Shown one piece after another: positions 50,982 to 64,000 of a stretch of 64,000 bases of DNA (its first letter is position 1; every line of letters starts with the position of its first letter). This stretch comes from Octopus sinensis (taxonomy: Eukaryota): positions 109,182,001 to 109,246,000 of the forward strand of contig NC_043002.1 in the NCBI RefSeq assembly GCF_006345805.1, written 5' to 3'. The position numbers were made by a program, and so were the translations under genes. The notes beneath the pieces are model-generated. The model had not been told where the DNA came from, ran no database searches, and worked only from the letters and a program-made list of their open reading frames with translations.

Positions 50982-51085
50982 ATACATACATACATACATA
51001 CATACACACACACATACATACACACACACACATACATAGATACATACACACACACATACATGCAGACATACATATACACATACAC
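50982..51085. repeat. (TACA)n/(CA)n microsatellite
   Basis: Direct reading. Confidence 0.95.
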
Positions 51086-51350
51086 CGAGTAAAAAATTTC
51101 AGTTATCTCTCTCTTTCACACATTACTCTCTCTGTCTCTTCGCACACACTAACAGAAGCACTTCACTTACACAACATACTGTCTGTCTCCCACACCCCAT
51201 CAAACACACACACAGGGACTTCCAAGAGAAATTTCCTCGTCATAAAATCGCTTCCTCTTAGTCTCTTTCGCTCTCATTGCTTGTGTAAAAAAATAAAAGT
51301 TTTTTACGGAAATCAACGGAAACTTGTGCTACGACAAGCGAAACATCGCC

Positions 51351-51690
51351 ATAGGTGCAGGAGTGGCTGTGTGGTAAACCACATGGTTCCGGGTTCAGTC
51401 CCACTGCGTGGCACCTCTGGCAAGTGTCTTCTACTATGGCCTCGGGCCGACCAAAGCCTTGCGAGTGAATTTGGTAGACGGAAACTTAAAGAAGCCCGTC
51501 GTGTATGTGTGTGTTTGTCCCCCTCCCCTTCGCTTGACAAACGATGCTGCTGTGTTTACGTACCCATAAAGTAGCGGTTCGGCAAATAAGCTCGATAGAA
51601 TAAGTACGAGGCTTACAATGAATAAATCCTGTGGTCGATTTGTTTGACTAAAGACTGTGATCCAGCATGGTCGCAGTCAAATGACCGAAA
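51351..51690 (+). mobile_element. SINE family B
   Basis: Inverted paralog of 29470-29808. Confidence 0.85.
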
Positions 51691-52932
51691 GAAATAGAAA
51701 AATATCGATAAAGTTGAGATTAATAAGAAAAATTTGCATCAAGGGAGAGAAGGGATGATGCGTAAGAGAAAGTCAGTTTTCACTTCGGTACTTAAGCTGC
51801 AGAAATTTGAAACATCCAGAATGGTTAATTTTAGTATATTAGAAGAGCTCAGTCCGTTCAAAAAGAACAATACGATACAAAACACTAGCAACAGCAGTTC
51901 AGTATTAATTTCATGCTTTGCATGACAGACATGCTTCACAGCTATACCCCATTGAAAGGGCTAGTTTGTAGTTTCTAGAGAAAATGTTAAACGTACCTGA
52001 AAATGAAAAAAAAGATGGTCTTTCTGCCCAACTAAAAGACCTAAAGAACTATCAAAGAAGGTGTGGAGGAGAGAAGAGAGAACTAACGGTCGATGCTTCT
52101 AGAACTCCCAGACTGAAAACATTAACACTTGAAAGACTTTCCCTCTATTAATTACTAAATGTCTTTCCCTCATCTTCATTGTTAAAAGTAAAGAATCTAG
52201 AAAAGATGGATTGTATTTCAGTCTAATTGTCATTGTAAATATTTGAGGCTTTCCATTCCCTGTCTCTATGGCTTCACTGCTTTTCTCTACATTTAAGGGT
52301 CAAGGTGCGCGACTCGGTGGTCTGAGCAATGTGACCCATGATCATTAAGTCATGAGTACGATTTCCGGCAGAGCGTTGTGTTCTTGACCGAGGTACTGCT
52401 CCAGTCGACTCATTTGGCAAAAATGAGTTGTAGCTGTAATATTCAAAGGGGCCAGCCTCTTTTCTAGAAATGTTTATTTAGGGGAGAATGCATTATACAC
52501 TCTGTAAAGTGGTTGGAAGGGCATCCAGCTGTAGAAACCGTGCCAGAACAGACAATGAAGCCTGGTGGGGGCCCTGCTGGTTCCTACCAAACTAGCCATC
52601 ACTTGCCAGGACCAAAAACGGATATTAAATAATAATGATGAGGACTTAGGGAATATTCTGTTAATCCTGAACAGAGACAACATAAAGTTGTGACTCGCTG
52701 ATCTATGATTGAGATATTGTTGAGAATACCCAATCATATACAACACAAATAGCTACTCATTTCACAACTTTTTGGTTGTTAGTATCTAATATTTGTTTTC
52801 TTTTCTTTCAGGAGATATTTCCATTTAAAAGAAGATTATCTGCAGAGGATACTGCAAGTCTGCTGTGTTAGGGTAGAGAGATTTATCAACCAATTAATGT
52901 CTTCAGAATAAAACTAAAATTTAACAAAGAAA

Positions 52933-54042
52933 ATGTTTCAGAAAGTGAGCAAACGTTACAAGTGTGGTATTTGTGGTAAATTACTTACTACAATGTCTAA
53001 TTTAGTTATTCACAGGCGCACTCATACTGGGGAGAAGTCGTACAACTGTGAAGTATGCAAGAAAGCATTCTCTGTAAAAAGTTTAGTGATACACAAACGC
53101 ACGCACACAGGAGAGAAGCCATTTCACTGTGAAATATGTGGAAAATCATTTTCTCATAAAGGTTACTTAAAGATTCACAAACGTGTTCACACTGGAGAGA
53201 AACCATTTCAGTGTGAAATCTGTGGAAAGTCCTTTTCTTATAAAGGTTATCTAAAGATACACAAACGTGTTCACACTGGAGAGAAACCATACAACTGTGA
53301 AATCTGTGGCACAGCATTTTCAATATTTAAGAGTTTACAATATCATCAACTTATTCACACTGGAGAAAAGCGATTCAATTGTGAAATCTGTGGCAAGCCA
53401 TTTTCTCATTTTGGTAATTTAAAAAGGCATAAACGTACTCATACTGGGGAGAAGCCATACAGGTGTGATGATTGTGGGAAAGCTTTTTCTAATTTGAGTG
53501 AATGTGAAAGACACAGAGGTGTACACTCAAAACCTTACCACTGTGAAATCTGTGATAAAGCATTTTCTGTCAAAGAGTCTTTAACAGTACACAAACGAGT
53601 TCACACTGGAGAGAAGCCATATCACTGTGAAGTATGTGGGAAAGGATTTACAAGTAGTGGTACCTTAAGAAGGCATAAACGTACTCACACAGGGGAAAAA
53701 CGACACCGCTGTGAAATCTGTGGGAAATCATTTCCTGAAAAATATATTTTAACATTACACAAACGAATTCACACAGGAGAGAAACCATATCACTGTGAGG
53801 TTTGTGGAAAAGACTTTTCTGATAGGTGCAGCTTAAAGAAACACAATCATGTTCATACTGGGGAGAAGCCACATCAGTGTGAAATCTGTGGCAAAGCATT
53901 TTCTTTAACTGCTAATTTAAAAAGACACAATTTTATTCACACAGGAGAGAAACCATATCGTTGTTTAATATGTGGAAAAAAATTTTCACTCAAGTCCAGC
54001 TTAACAACACATACACGTATTCATACTGGGGAAAAGCCATAA
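52933..54042 (+). CDS. C2H2 zinc-finger gene ZNF-3: 369 aa, 13 fingers
   Basis: Intact ORF MFQKVSKRYKC...HTGEKP*; exon acceptor at 52811/52812. Confidence 0.92.
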   Translation: MFQKVSKRYKCGICGKLLTTMSNLVIHRRTHTGEKSYNCEVCKKAFSVKSLVIHKRTHTGEKPFHCEICGKSFSHKGYLKIHKRVHTGEKPFQCEICGKSFSYKGYLKIHKRVHTGEKPYNCEICGTAFSIFKSLQYHQLIHTGEKRFNCEICGKPFSHFGNLKRHKRTHTGEKPYRCDDCGKAFSNLSECERHRGVHSKPYHCEICDKAFSVKESLTVHKRVHTGEKPYHCEVCGKGFTSSGTLRRHKRTHTGEKRHRCEICGKSFPEKYILTLHKRIHTGEKPYHCEVCGKDFSDRCSLKKHNHVHTGEKPHQCEICGKAFSLTANLKRHNFIHTGEKPYRCLICGKKFSLKSSLTTHTRIHTGEKP

Positions 54043-54386
<344 letters not shown>

Positions 54387-55283
54387 CTTTTGTAGGAAAG
54401 CACAGTATAAAACCATTTTGTTGTGATATTTGTATTAAAGAATTTATGTATATGAATGTTATTAAATTGCTATAATTGTTTATAATATGCATAGTCTATT
54501 CTTGGGAATTGTAGTAAATTTTTCATTTTTAATGTTACTTGTTAGGTCACATGTATCATGATATGGTTAGAGTGAGAAAACCGTTGTTACTATTACTACT
54601 ACTAGTGGCAATGCAACAGAATTAGGGAGACATACAACACTCCATCCACTGCATGCAGTTACCTGGCTGCTGTTGAAGAGATAGTATCAAAGTGTAGAAA
54701 GGAGTCAGGACTAAATACAAGGCCATCATAGAGAATGATGCAAATTGGGATGTGCCCCCTTTACACAAGTAAATCCTAGAATAGCATGGAAAGGACAAAG
54801 ATAGGAAGGTAAGGCCAACTAACTCGTGGTGTGATAACTAAAACTACCAGAGTATTATGGTTGTAGATGCTACCCCTGTACGTTATAGCATATGTTTTTG
54901 GGAAAACCTAAGATAAATCTCTGGATTAAAGTAATAGAAAGACCAGGGATCTCCATAAAATACCAGATCTGTAAAACGTATCCATTTGAATGAACCACCT
55001 GTAAGGAGAGCAACTGTATAGTGTGTAGGCTGAATCCACAGATAAACTGTAAAGTTAGGAGTGTAGCATATAGTTTAAGGTGTAGTGAGGTATGGAAGAG
55101 AAACAGGATGATTACACACAGTGGTGGAAGCTGAAAGAGGAGAGAAGCTCATCAGTGCTCTATCAACATGCTCAATTAGGACATAAAGGCTTGCTCCACC
55201 ATACTGTACAATCTGATGACAAAGGACAATGAGAAGAAAGGGAAACAAATACCAACAGTATGATACATAAACCTATATACATA

Positions 55284-55670
55284 CTCTTTTACTTGTTTCA
55301 GTCATTTGACTGCGGCCATGCTGGAGCACCGCCTTTAGTCGAGCAAACCCACCCCAGGACTTATTCTTTGTAAGCCTAGTACTTATTCTATCGGTCTCTT
55401 TTGCCGAGCTGCTAAGTTACGGGAGCTTAAACACACCAGCATCGGTTGTCAAGCGATGTTGTGGGGACAAACAGAGAGGCACAAACACACACATATATAT
55501 ATATATACGACAGGCATCTTTCAGTTTCCGTCTACCAAATCCACTCACAAGGCTTTGGTCGGCCTGAGGCTATAGTAGAAGACACTTACCGAAGGTGCCA
55601 TGCAGTGGGATTAAACCCGGAACCATGTGGTTGGTAAGCAAGCTTCTTAACACACAGCCACTCCGCGCCT
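55284..55670 (-). mobile_element. SINE family B
   Basis: Full-length copy. Confidence 0.85.
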
Positions 55671-57899
55671 ACACACAAAAGACATACTAAATACAATAAG
55701 AAAAGAAAAAAATCAAAGTACACACTATGTAGTAAGCATACACATGCGTACAAAAAACACACCCAGATACAGATGCAAATTGTTGCGCATATATAGATGC
55801 ATAGCAGAAATACAAAATGGAATAAGCATAAGAAGAGACATCGGATAGAGAGTTACTGAAGAGGTCACAGGACCTGGGATGAAACAGCTTTAAGAGAGAA
55901 ACTAGAATAATGATAAATCTGAAGAGAAGACGAAATATACAGTATGTATGTGTTTAATTGACAAAATATGACCATCATTATGTATAACAAACAATATTAT
56001 AACATTTTGATGTGAGGCCCCATGGTTGTCATGAGGATACAGTGATTATTCAGAAATGACACTATTGATTATATTATCATGGTTGTCATGTATCTTGTAG
56101 CACAGTACTACGATTTTCTAAAGAAATCTAAGTAAATAATCACCACTGGCTGAAGATGCAGACACATGAACTGAATTTTCCAGTAATTCTATACTGCCTT
56201 TCTTGCTGAGTACCAAGTCGACAAATTATATCATTGTTTTGATGAAAATTGTTCATTGCTTGAAGAATATTGTTCAAGTTTAATAAAATTTAATATGTAC
56301 TCAATGCGTGAAGTGTTGGGTCCAAAAGCCTATTGAAGAACCCTCCACAGGAGGTAAGTTAAAGTCTGTCTGAAGAGCAAAGTTTATTCACAGCATTGCG
56401 GGCTAAGTACGATGTTTTATAGAGATGTCTGTAGAGTTGCAGCGGTTAATGTATGTGCTTTGTGTATGTAGAGAGAGACTTGATAGAAGTGTTTCTAGAA
56501 AGCACGAGGTAACGGCATTGGGTTTGTCCCATACTGCTGGGGCACTTGGCAGCAGGACATTCTTGTGTGAGAGTAGCCAGCGATAATGTGATAAAGCAAA
56601 ATTGCATGCCGCGAGTCCTTTAGAGAAGCGAGACAAGGAACTCAATTGAACATGGCTGCAGCTCCACTATATAATTTACCAATCAAGCTGGGAAATTTGG
56701 GTAATATTTGCTAATCAACAGATAGCATGGAATTAGCAGCTTGTTACCATGACAACCACGTGCTATGTTGTGGTTCAACTCTCTTGTTTGTACTGCACAT
56801 TGTTATATGTTGATTTTTCACGCTTGATTCTTCACATCACAAGATGTGTTTTAATAAAAAAGTTTGTTTACCAATTAGAATTCCATTGTAGATATTTTTC
56901 GTCAATTGTCTTAATATTTTTCATATATTTCGTTAAGTTTTACTATATTTACATTCATTGCAACGAATGCCTGTCGTTGACCAAGCCAGAGTGTGCCATT
57001 CTCTATTTTTATTTAAGATATAGGACAATATTATTTAATGTGTCCTTCATTTTTATAATGCTAGAGCAGAATGTGAGGGAGATGTGGCTGTTATTTCTAG
57101 CAAATTGAACAAAGACAGAGATTACTTCATCGGCTCATTTGCTGATGTGATACAAGCAAAAAAAACTAAAGGAAATGGACCTTCATCTGTTTCTAGGATG
57201 AGCCTATCCAGTGTTCAAAAGTGTGTATTTTAAACCAAAGCTAGTACAGACATGCTACAGGTGTCCAAAATCTAATTGGAACAACAAAACTCCAATGGTA
57301 TCAATTAACTGGTTATAAAGACTAGATTTACTTCCATTGTAAATTTCTCCCATTTCCCAAAGATTTCAATTTGATTTTAATAGAAATAAATTGTGTTGTT
57401 ATTCTATATTTTGATAAAATAAATTCACATGAAGATGAATCTCCACAAATTTAATTTTACCATTTATTGTACTTCTGTTTTCAAAATTGAAAATGTGACT
57501 GCTGCTAAGGGTTTCGGACAAGAAATGGTGTATCTGTATAAGCACAATAGCAATACAGAAAAGATTTCGTTTTTGGATTTGGTTTGCAAGATTCTTTATA
57601 TGAGTTCGTGTGTTGAAGCATATTCTGTTGTCTGGGGAGAGTCATTTTCTTTTTGTGCCTTATTATGTAACACACTCACCGGTAAAATTTCCACTTTTTT
57701 CTTATTTTTATTGTCCTAAAATTTTCGTTGTGTCTTGCAACCTTTTCAATAATTTTGAAAAACTATTGAAAAGGTTGCAAGACTCAACGAAAATAATAAG
57801 GCACAAAAAAAATGACTCTCCCCAGATAGCAGAATACAGAAACCAGCGATTTTACTTGGAATTCTTTTGGTGTATAAAGGAGGAAAGAAAATTAACTCA

Positions 57900-58080
57900 G
57901 TAGCCCACGTGACCCGAAGTGACCAATAGAATTTATATAACACCGCCATCTTAGTTTCTCACGAGACATTTACCGAAATAGGGTCATCATGGCGGGAGTT
58001 ATAATTATTTAGCATGTTTTGTTTTATGATTGATGTTAACAAAGGATAGTTATTCAGGAGAAGGCAGTATTAAGGTAAGA
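57900..58080 (+). promoter_or_regulatory. Promoter/non-coding exon 1 of ZNF-4
   Basis: CACGTG 57906, CCAAT 57923, CGCCATCTT 57944, GGCGGGAG, AAG|GTAAGA donor at 58075. Confidence 0.65.
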
Positions 58081-58795
58081 TATTGTTTGTATGTATTAAA
58101 TACAGATAATTATCTCCCATCCGGGGTCGATATTAAAGAATAAGAAGCGAAAATGCTGAAGTTGGTGGTAACGGAGTCTGAACTGGAGAGAGAAAGAAAG
58201 ATACAAAATTCTTACAAAAACTACGTTAGTGTGTGTGTGAAACAACTAAATGTATAATATTAAAACAATATCTTTTACATACATCTTAAAAATCACTGGA
58301 TATATTGATCCCAGATTGCAATTCATTCATGGAAGAAAAGAAAAACATTTTCCAATACTTTCGGTTTCTACCCCCCCCTCTTTTTTTCCGAAAAAAAAAA
58401 TGACTTGCCGCACATTAGGCATCCGTAATGCATTCTTTTTTAAAGGTTTATATATATATACACACACGTACAATTTCCTGAAAATATGTTAATTTTCCTT
58501 AAAGTTACGAGAGAAAAAATCGGATCTTTTGAATTTTCCGAAGTCCTCTCCTCACCCCATCGGAAGACATTTTAACCCACAAATTTCTTTATAATCCTGA
58601 TGTATTCTGTTTGAAAGGTATTTATACAAAATTTTATGTAGAAAAAAACCCCATTTTCCCAAAAGTTATGAGGGAAAATCTAGGATCTTGTGAATTTTCC
58701 GAAGACCTCCCCACCCATCCGTTGCACTGTTTTTGTTTTTGATTTCGTTCCCGAGTAATATTGTAAACAACCGAAAAGGTTTAAAAGTTTAATAA

Positions 58796-61249
58796 AACAG
58801 GTCAACAAACTGAAACTGTTTTTAATCATCAGAGTTGCTGGTTGATTTTGCTGGGTTAATTTATGATGCTGATTACGAATCTGAAGTTCGATTTCCTCTA
58901 TCAGGTCACATTTTCATGTTAATGATACCTGCTGTTTTAAGTTATAGGATACGTAAAGCATGTCTGCATAAAGTATATTGAATACAAGATACGATAATTT
59001 CATGACTTTTTATTGTACAAAATTAGGCATTCTTTCGATTTGACTCGACGAGACCAAAACAAAACCTCGGTTGTTTCCGTGACAGCTGCTAAAATGGGAG
59101 GAGGAGAAGAAAGCTAATGCACACACGCACAGAGACAAGAACAAGCACGCACACACAACCCATTAGCTTTCTTCTCCCATTTTAGCAGCTGTCACGGTGG
59201 TCACGAAGATATCCGAAGTGAATTGTCGTGTTGTCACGGAAACAACCGAGGTTTTGTTTTGGTCTCGTCGAGTCAAATTGAAAGAATGCCAAAATTATTG
59301 TGTACAAATAAGTTAGAATACACTCAAATACATAACTTAAAATCTTTGGGATTTGGACTTTCTATGGTATTTTGTCTCAGGTTCATCTCTGTATAACATC
59401 CAACAGTAGTCAGCTAACATTCCTATGCAATATCTTGATGAAAGCGTTCCCCTTGCTCATCAGGCACTGCTCCAAGGTTCTCTGCAAAAAGTCCAGATGT
59501 GAATCAAGGAAATGGACGTTTAGTCACATCCGACAGCCCATTGCAGCGTAGGAGTCTAGAAGGCATTTCACTCCATTTCTAAACTCTAGAGATCTCTTGT
59601 TGCCTAGGAAATTTCCACAGAGCCATTTGAAGGATTCCCAGGCTTTAAGCTCAATCTCATCCAGTGATGTGAGGAAGTGGTTGTCCTTCAGGAGTTCTTT
59701 TATCTGTGGACCTATGAATATCCCCTCCTTCAGTTTTGCCTCGGTGTTTTATGGAAATTTGACCTTCACATATTCATGAAACTATTGTTTCATGAGGCCA
59801 AGCTTTATGTGAAGAGGGGGAAGAAGAACATTTTCTGGGTTTAAAAGTGGCTTACACTGGACGCTAGAAACTCCTGGCTCTTATGATTTTCGCAAAGGTC
59901 ACTCTGATTGCACATAGTGTTAGTTGCACAACTGTCCCATAGGCATAAAAAGCAACAATATTTTGTGAACCCAGATTGCATTCTCATCAACATTCCAATC
60001 GCCTTCGAGTCTCCACATATTTTTCAGCTGTAGTTTGAACACTTTATGGCATTGAGGAGTACTTGCATATTTTCATAACACTCCTTCATGTGCATTGAAT
60101 GTCCTATGGGAATGGATGGTTTCTTATTGTTGTTGTGTAGTAGTACTGCCTTGAGGCTTCTCTTAGATGAATCAATGAATAAGCGCCATTCAGTTGGAAC
60201 ATGCTCTTGGAACAAACAGCGAAACAACTCGTCATATTACTGAAACAAAGTGGTCCATCAACAGAGAAACATGAAGTCAGATCCCTATTTCTCTTCGTGA
60301 AATGAGTAATACAAACATCTTTCTTAAGCAGACTCTTCTTGTAGGATAGATGCTAATAGTTCAGCTTTATCCTTCGACAATGACAAGTCTCTAACTAAAT
60401 CATTTAACTCTCCTTGAGAAAATTTCTGTGGTACGTCTTCATTTTCAGTCGTGAAATCTGCATCCACTTCGGTGTCTTCCACAGCAGTAATATTTTCTTC
60501 AGGAAATACATCTCCGTCAGACATCTGAAGGCCATTTTCTGGTGGTATTGGAATAGGAAGATCATCATCATTGTGTGGTACTGGTCTTTTTGCTGATTCC
60601 AAGTTGGGATACACAATCTTATGCTTGGTCTTTACAGTAAACCCACATACATTAATGTTGCAGAAATAACAGTCCATGAAATGATCCTTTCGCTCTCTCC
60701 ATATCATAGGTATTGCAAACGGCATTGCTCTCTTCCTCTTATTTAGTCAATCCCATAGTCCACTCGAACAAGCTGAGCAGATGCTGTGCAGGGCCCAACT
60801 CTTATCTTGATCCCCGAGAGAGCAGCCAAAGTATAACTGGTAGATCTTGATTTCACTTGTGATGGCATGTTGCTGAGCTTTGGTGGTAAATGAACCACAG
60901 ATATGAAAATATATCAGGAATGTTCTTGCAATGCCTTGACATCATGAGTAGAATTTTATGATGATGATGACTTGGCACCTTAAACAGAAAGTAAAATTTA
61001 TGAAAAGAAAAGATTATGAAAACATAAAATTGCAAAATGAATACAAATAGTTATAAAACAGAAGTCAGAATTTACCTGTATAAGACGTTTACGTGTAGCG
61101 ATACAGCTGATGGGAGTTATATACCGCTCTTATCTCATCAGAAAAACTGCCTGATAGAAGGAAACCGGTTACACTTTTGAAATCTGCGGACAAAACTACA
61201 TATGAAACACTATATAATATCCCTGATGAAAATTGCCTGTTGATCAGTG
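58796..61249 (-). mobile_element. Decayed DDE DNA transposon, Chapaev3/CMC-like, in the ZNF-4 intron
   Basis: PFAIPMIWRE..DHFMDCYFC, ELNDLVRDL, EWRLFIDSSKRSLKAVLLHN, LLPPLHIKLGLMK, KEGIFIGPQI, DEQGERFHQDI, MLADYCW; CAC terminus at 61249, degenerate left end; family name from motif recall. Confidence 0.7.
59026..59290. mobile_element. MITE nested in the Chapaev-like element
   Basis: 59-bp TIRs (1 mismatch) with GG..CC ends, AAAATTA direct repeats on both sides, internal second inverted repeat. Confidence 0.75.
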
Positions 61250-62883
61250 TTTGTATGAAGGGACACAGTAGGTGAGCCCATTAAACGTGTGCGTTAATGC
61301 TAATGTTTGTGTGTGTGTGTATGTGTATCGCCCATATGTATTTTAAAGAGAAAGAGTTTTCACTCAGTTACTTATGCTAAAGACATTTGAAAGAAACATG
61401 CAGAATTGCCACTTTTAGTATATTAGAATAGCTCAGTCATTCAAAAAGAACAATACGATAGAAAACACTAACAACAGCAGTTCAATATTGGAAATAAGTT
61501 CTCCGCAAAAACCTAATTCCAGAGGACAGAAAGAGAGGAAATTTTACGAAATGCCGCACAGGTCCTTAAACTATTGCAGAAGTTTGTGCCAAAGATAACT
61601 GTCGATTTTTAGATAACAATAAAGTGCTAGAAAAGCAAGTAAATGCTACCAACCTCACTTGATATATTGAGCAACCAACAGCAAGGTAAAAGCGAAAAAC
61701 ATATTAAGAAAATCAAGATACCCAAGCTCCAAACTAAAAAAATGAACTGCTGTGATGTTTTAATGTATATAAATATATTTCAGGCATAACTACAGATTCC
61801 TATCCCTCCCCCCAACTTTGGATGATCATAACTTTCAGAATAATGGATATTTCCACATTATAAAGCAAAAATGTTGTGTTTTGTGGAAGCAGTGAAAGCT
61901 AAGATGAAATAATTGCTATTCTATCGTGCAGTGACTTCGCATTTGATTCACTCTTAGTTTGATAACAGCCTGTGCATGGGTATTTCTTGGGGGACTTGGC
62001 CTCCAGATCTGTGCGACACACAAATGCCACTGCATATTTTCCCTTCTCAAAATAACAAAAAGCAATGATTTCAGATTTTGGCACAAGGCCAGCAGTTTGA
62101 GGGGAGAGACCAGTGGATTAACATCAGTGCAAGTATTCAACTGGTACTTATTTCATTGATCAAAAAGAATGAAAGGCAAAGTTGCCCTTGTCAGAACGTG
62201 AGGATGGATGGAATGCCACTAAGCGTTTAGCCAAATACACTCAGGATTCATTGAAAGGTGGTAATGGAAAGAATTCTGTATAATTGTTATGAAGCTACTT
62301 CTGGCCACTTTAAATGAAAACATCTATTTATCTAAGTCTGCCGAGTTGGAATCTTATGAAAATTGAAACCGGTGATAGAAGCACACTCTGCAATATGTAG
62401 GAAAGCATTGTCAATTATTGTTGCCAAATAAGACAATAACACTCTCACCCACCACAAATGGAGGAAAGCATTTTCTAGAAATGTTTACTTAGGGGAGAAT
62501 GCATTATACACTCTGTAAAGTGCTTGGCATTAGAAAGGGCATCCAGCTGTAGAAACCATGCCATAACAGACAATGGAGCCTTACTGGTTCCCGTCAAACT
62601 GTCCGACATTTGTCAGGATTGAAAATGGACATTAAATAATAATGATAAGGAACAGACAACATAAATAAAAGTTGTGACTTGCTGATCTGTGATTGAGATA
62701 TTGTTGAGAATATAGTCAATCACATACACAAATAGCTACTCATTTCACAACTTTTTAGTCAGTAGCATCTAATACTTATTTTATTTTTCTTTCAGGACAT
62801 TTCCATTTGAAAGAAGATTGTGTGCAGAGGATACTGCAACTCTGTTATGTTACGCTAGAGTTTTAACGACCAATATCTTCAGA

Positions 62884-64000
62884 ATGAAAAGAGGAAACTG
62901 TAAAATTCAACTGAGAATGTTTCAGGAAGTGAGCAAACTTTACAAATGTGGTATTTGTGATCAAGTACTTACTACAAAATCTAATTTAGCTATTCATAGG
63001 CGCACACATACTAGGGAAAAGCCATACAACTGTGAAGTATGTGAGAAAGCACTCTCTCAAAAAGGAAATGTAATAGAACACAAATGTACCCACACAGGAG
63101 AGAGACCATTTCACTGTGAAATATGTGGAATATCATTTTCTGATAAAGGTTACATAAAGATTCACAAACGTACTCACACTGGAGAGAAACCATACCACTG
63201 TGAAATATGTGGAAAATCATTTTCTCATAAAGGTTACATAAAGATACACAAACGTGTTCACACTGGAGAGAAACCATATCACTGTGAAATCTGTGGCAAA
63301 GCATTTTCTGTATTTAGTAGTGTAAAATATCATCAACTTTCTCACACTGGAGAAAAACAATATGATTGTGAAATCTGTGGCAAACTATTTTCTCGACGTA
63401 CTCATTTATCAACACATAGACGTGTTCACACTGGGGAGGAGCCATACAAGTGTGATGACTGTGGGAAAGCTTTTAAGTATGCGAGTAACTTTGAAAGACA
63501 CAGAGGTGTGCATTCAAAACCTTACCACTGTGAAATCTGTGATAAAACATTTTCCGCAAAAGAGATTTTAACAATACACGAACGTGTTCACACTGGAGAG
63601 AGGCCATATGATTGTGAAGTATGTGGGAAAGGATTTCCAAGTAGGGGTCACTTAATAAGTCATAAACGTACTCACATGGAGGAAAAACAACACCACTGTG
63701 AAATCTGTGGGAAAGCATTCACTGTAAAATATGCTCTGACATTACACAAACGTATTCACACAGGAGAGAAACCATATCACTGTGAAGTTTGTGGAAAAGA
63801 CTTTTCTGGTAGTTGTGGCTTAAATAAACACAAACGTATTCATACTGGGGAAAAACCGCATCACTGTGAAATCTGTGGCAAAGCATTTTCTGAAAGTTGT
63901 ACTTTACAAAGACACAGACGTATTCACACAGGAGAGACACCATATCACTGTTTAATATGTGGAAAAAGTTTTTCATTTCAGACCAGCTTAATGATACATA
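62884..64000 (+). CDS. C2H2 zinc-finger gene ZNF-4 (open to window end, at least 13 fingers)
   Basis: In-frame ATGs at 62884 and 62917 (MFQEVSKLYKCGICDQVL...); no stop through 64000; acceptor at 62795/62796. Confidence 0.93.
   Translation, partial: MKRGNCKIQLRMFQEVSKLYKCGICDQVLTTKSNLAIHRRTHTREKPYNCEVCEKALSQKGNVIEHKCTHTGERPFHCEICGISFSDKGYIKIHKRTHTGEKPYHCEICGKSFSHKGYIKIHKRVHTGEKPYHCEICGKAFSVFSSVKYHQLSHTGEKQYDCEICGKLFSRRTHLSTHRRVHTGEEPYKCDDCGKAFKYASNFERHRGVHSKPYHCEICDKTFSAKEILTIHERVHTGERPYDCEVCGKGFPSRGHLISHKRTHMEEKQHHCEICGKAFTVKYALTLHKRIHTGEKPYHCEVCGKDFSGSCGLNKHKRIHTGEKPHHCEICGKAFSESCTLQRHRRIHTGETPYHCLICGKSFSFQTSLMIH

Noticed and set aside
50806-51085. ORFs rich in CVCM/YVCM
   Set aside because: Translation of a microsatellite
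57100-57300. Possible piggyBac C-terminal remnant
   Set aside because: Similarity too weak to support by eye; no ends or catalytic motifs found

Overview
AT-rich, intron- and repeat-rich animal genomic DNA. The SINE families and C2H2 cluster point to a coleoid cephalopod, probably Octopus (inferred from recognised repeats, no database search). (1) 1065-13577 (+): last 10 coding exons of a GH31 glucosidase II alpha gene (GANAB), with every splice phase consistent. (2) About 20-64 kb: four paralogous finger-only C2H2 zinc-finger units, two on - (ZNF-1, ZNF-2) and two on + (ZNF-3, ZNF-4). Each has a homologous promoter/non-coding exon, one long intron and one coding exon. A fifth relic lies at 47.9 kb. 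The units show finger-block duplication and deletion, a shared truncation and a MITE knockout. (3) Dense mobile DNA: tRNA-derived SINEs, TTAA piggyBac-type MITEs, 8-bp-TSD Merlin-type MITEs, Merlin, Tc1/mariner and Chapaev-like transposase relics, Helitron-type elements, CR1 and RTE fragments. The most striking unannotated signal is two unrelated families of long fold-back elements (18.6-19.2 kb; 42.4-42.7 and 47.7-47.9 kb). Their arms encode minimal type I hammerhead-ribozyme folds with palindromic stem III and mostly a non-canonical CCGANGA core.
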